Assembly (NCBI GenBank): GCA_030390025.1
Contig: CM059432.1
Location: 130,388,001 to 130,452,000 of the forward strand
Length of the DNA stretch: 64,000 bases
DNA from: Squalus acanthias
Lineage: Eukaryota
Direction of reading: 5' to 3'
Shown here piece after piece: positions 63,272 through 64,000 of this stretch. The notes beneath the pieces are model-generated. The model saw nothing but the letters and a program-made list of their open reading frames with translations, did not search any database and was not told where the DNA came from. The position numbers and the translations under genes are program-made. Numbering within the stretch: position 1 is the first letter of the stretch; each line of letters starts with the position of its first letter.

Positions 63272-64000
63272 ATTAGAGACAACATTGATCATAATATGAT
63301 AAAATTTCACATTGAGTTTGAGAGTGAAATACTTCAGTTGGAAACAAGAGTCTTAAATTTAAATCAAGCCAATTACATAGGTATGAGGGGCGAGTTAGCT
63401 ACGGTAGATTGAGAAATTAGATTAAAAGGTGTGACGGTAGATAAGCAGTGAAAAACATTTAAAGAAATATTCCAAAATTCTCAACAAATATACATTCCAT
63501 TGAGAAATAAAAACTCCACGGGAAAAGTGATCCATCCATGGCTAACTAAAGAAATTAAGGATAGAATTAGATTAAAAGAAGAGGCTTATAATGTTGCGAA
63601 GAATACTAGTAAGCCTGAGGATTGGAAGAGCTTTGCAAACCAGCAAAGGATGACCAAAAAAATTGATAAAAAGGGAGAAAATAGAATGGGAGTAAACTAG
63701 CAAGAAATATAAAAACAGATTGTAAGAGCTTCTACAAGTATGTAAAAAGGAAGAGAGTAGCAAAAGTAAGCGCTGGTCCCTTAGAGGCTGAGACAGGTGA
63801 AATTATAATGGGGAATAAGGAAATAAGGTCTTTAAACAAATATTTTGTATCTGTCTTCACAGTAGAAGACACAAAAAGCATACCAAAAATAGTGGGGAAC
63901 CAAGGGGCTAATAAGAGAGAGGAACTTATATCAGTAGAAGAAAAAGTACTTGAGAAACTAATGGGACTAAAAGCCGACAAATCCCCTCGACCTGATGGCC
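63272..64000 (+). mobile_element. CR1 ORF2 fragment running off the window
   Basis: DHNMIKF..., PWLTKEIK, YFVSVFT and KSPRPDG. Confidence 0.85.

Overview
Repeat-dominated vertebrate genomic DNA, most likely from a cartilaginous fish (shark). That assignment is an inference from the mix of CR1, L2, RTE, Penelope and DeuSINE-type repeats. No host protein-coding gene could be identified, so the window looks intronic or intergenic. It contains: several CR1 LINE copies (one near full length with an SGNH-type ORF1); L2 and RTE LINE fragments; two families of Penelope-like elements (PLEs; RT plus GIY-YIG); a decayed hAT/Buster transposon; two copies of a short hAT-type MITE with 8-bp TSDs; PIF/Harbinger remnants; several tRNA-type SINEs; a ~2.4-kb polypurine tract; and a 23-bp G-rich minisatellite. 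The most notable features are in the PLEs. Every ORF-bearing PLE copy carries a minimal hammerhead-ribozyme motif in its 3' region, with compensatory stem changes between copies. One insertion is a near-perfect 2 x 767-bp head-to-head palindrome with a 14-bp TSD and an apparently self-templated spacer. Short non-coding inverted PLE-tail elements are also present, and one PLE family shows a relic second hammerhead and a flipped 20-nt 3'UTR motif. All calls were made by eye; boundaries of old repeats are approximate.
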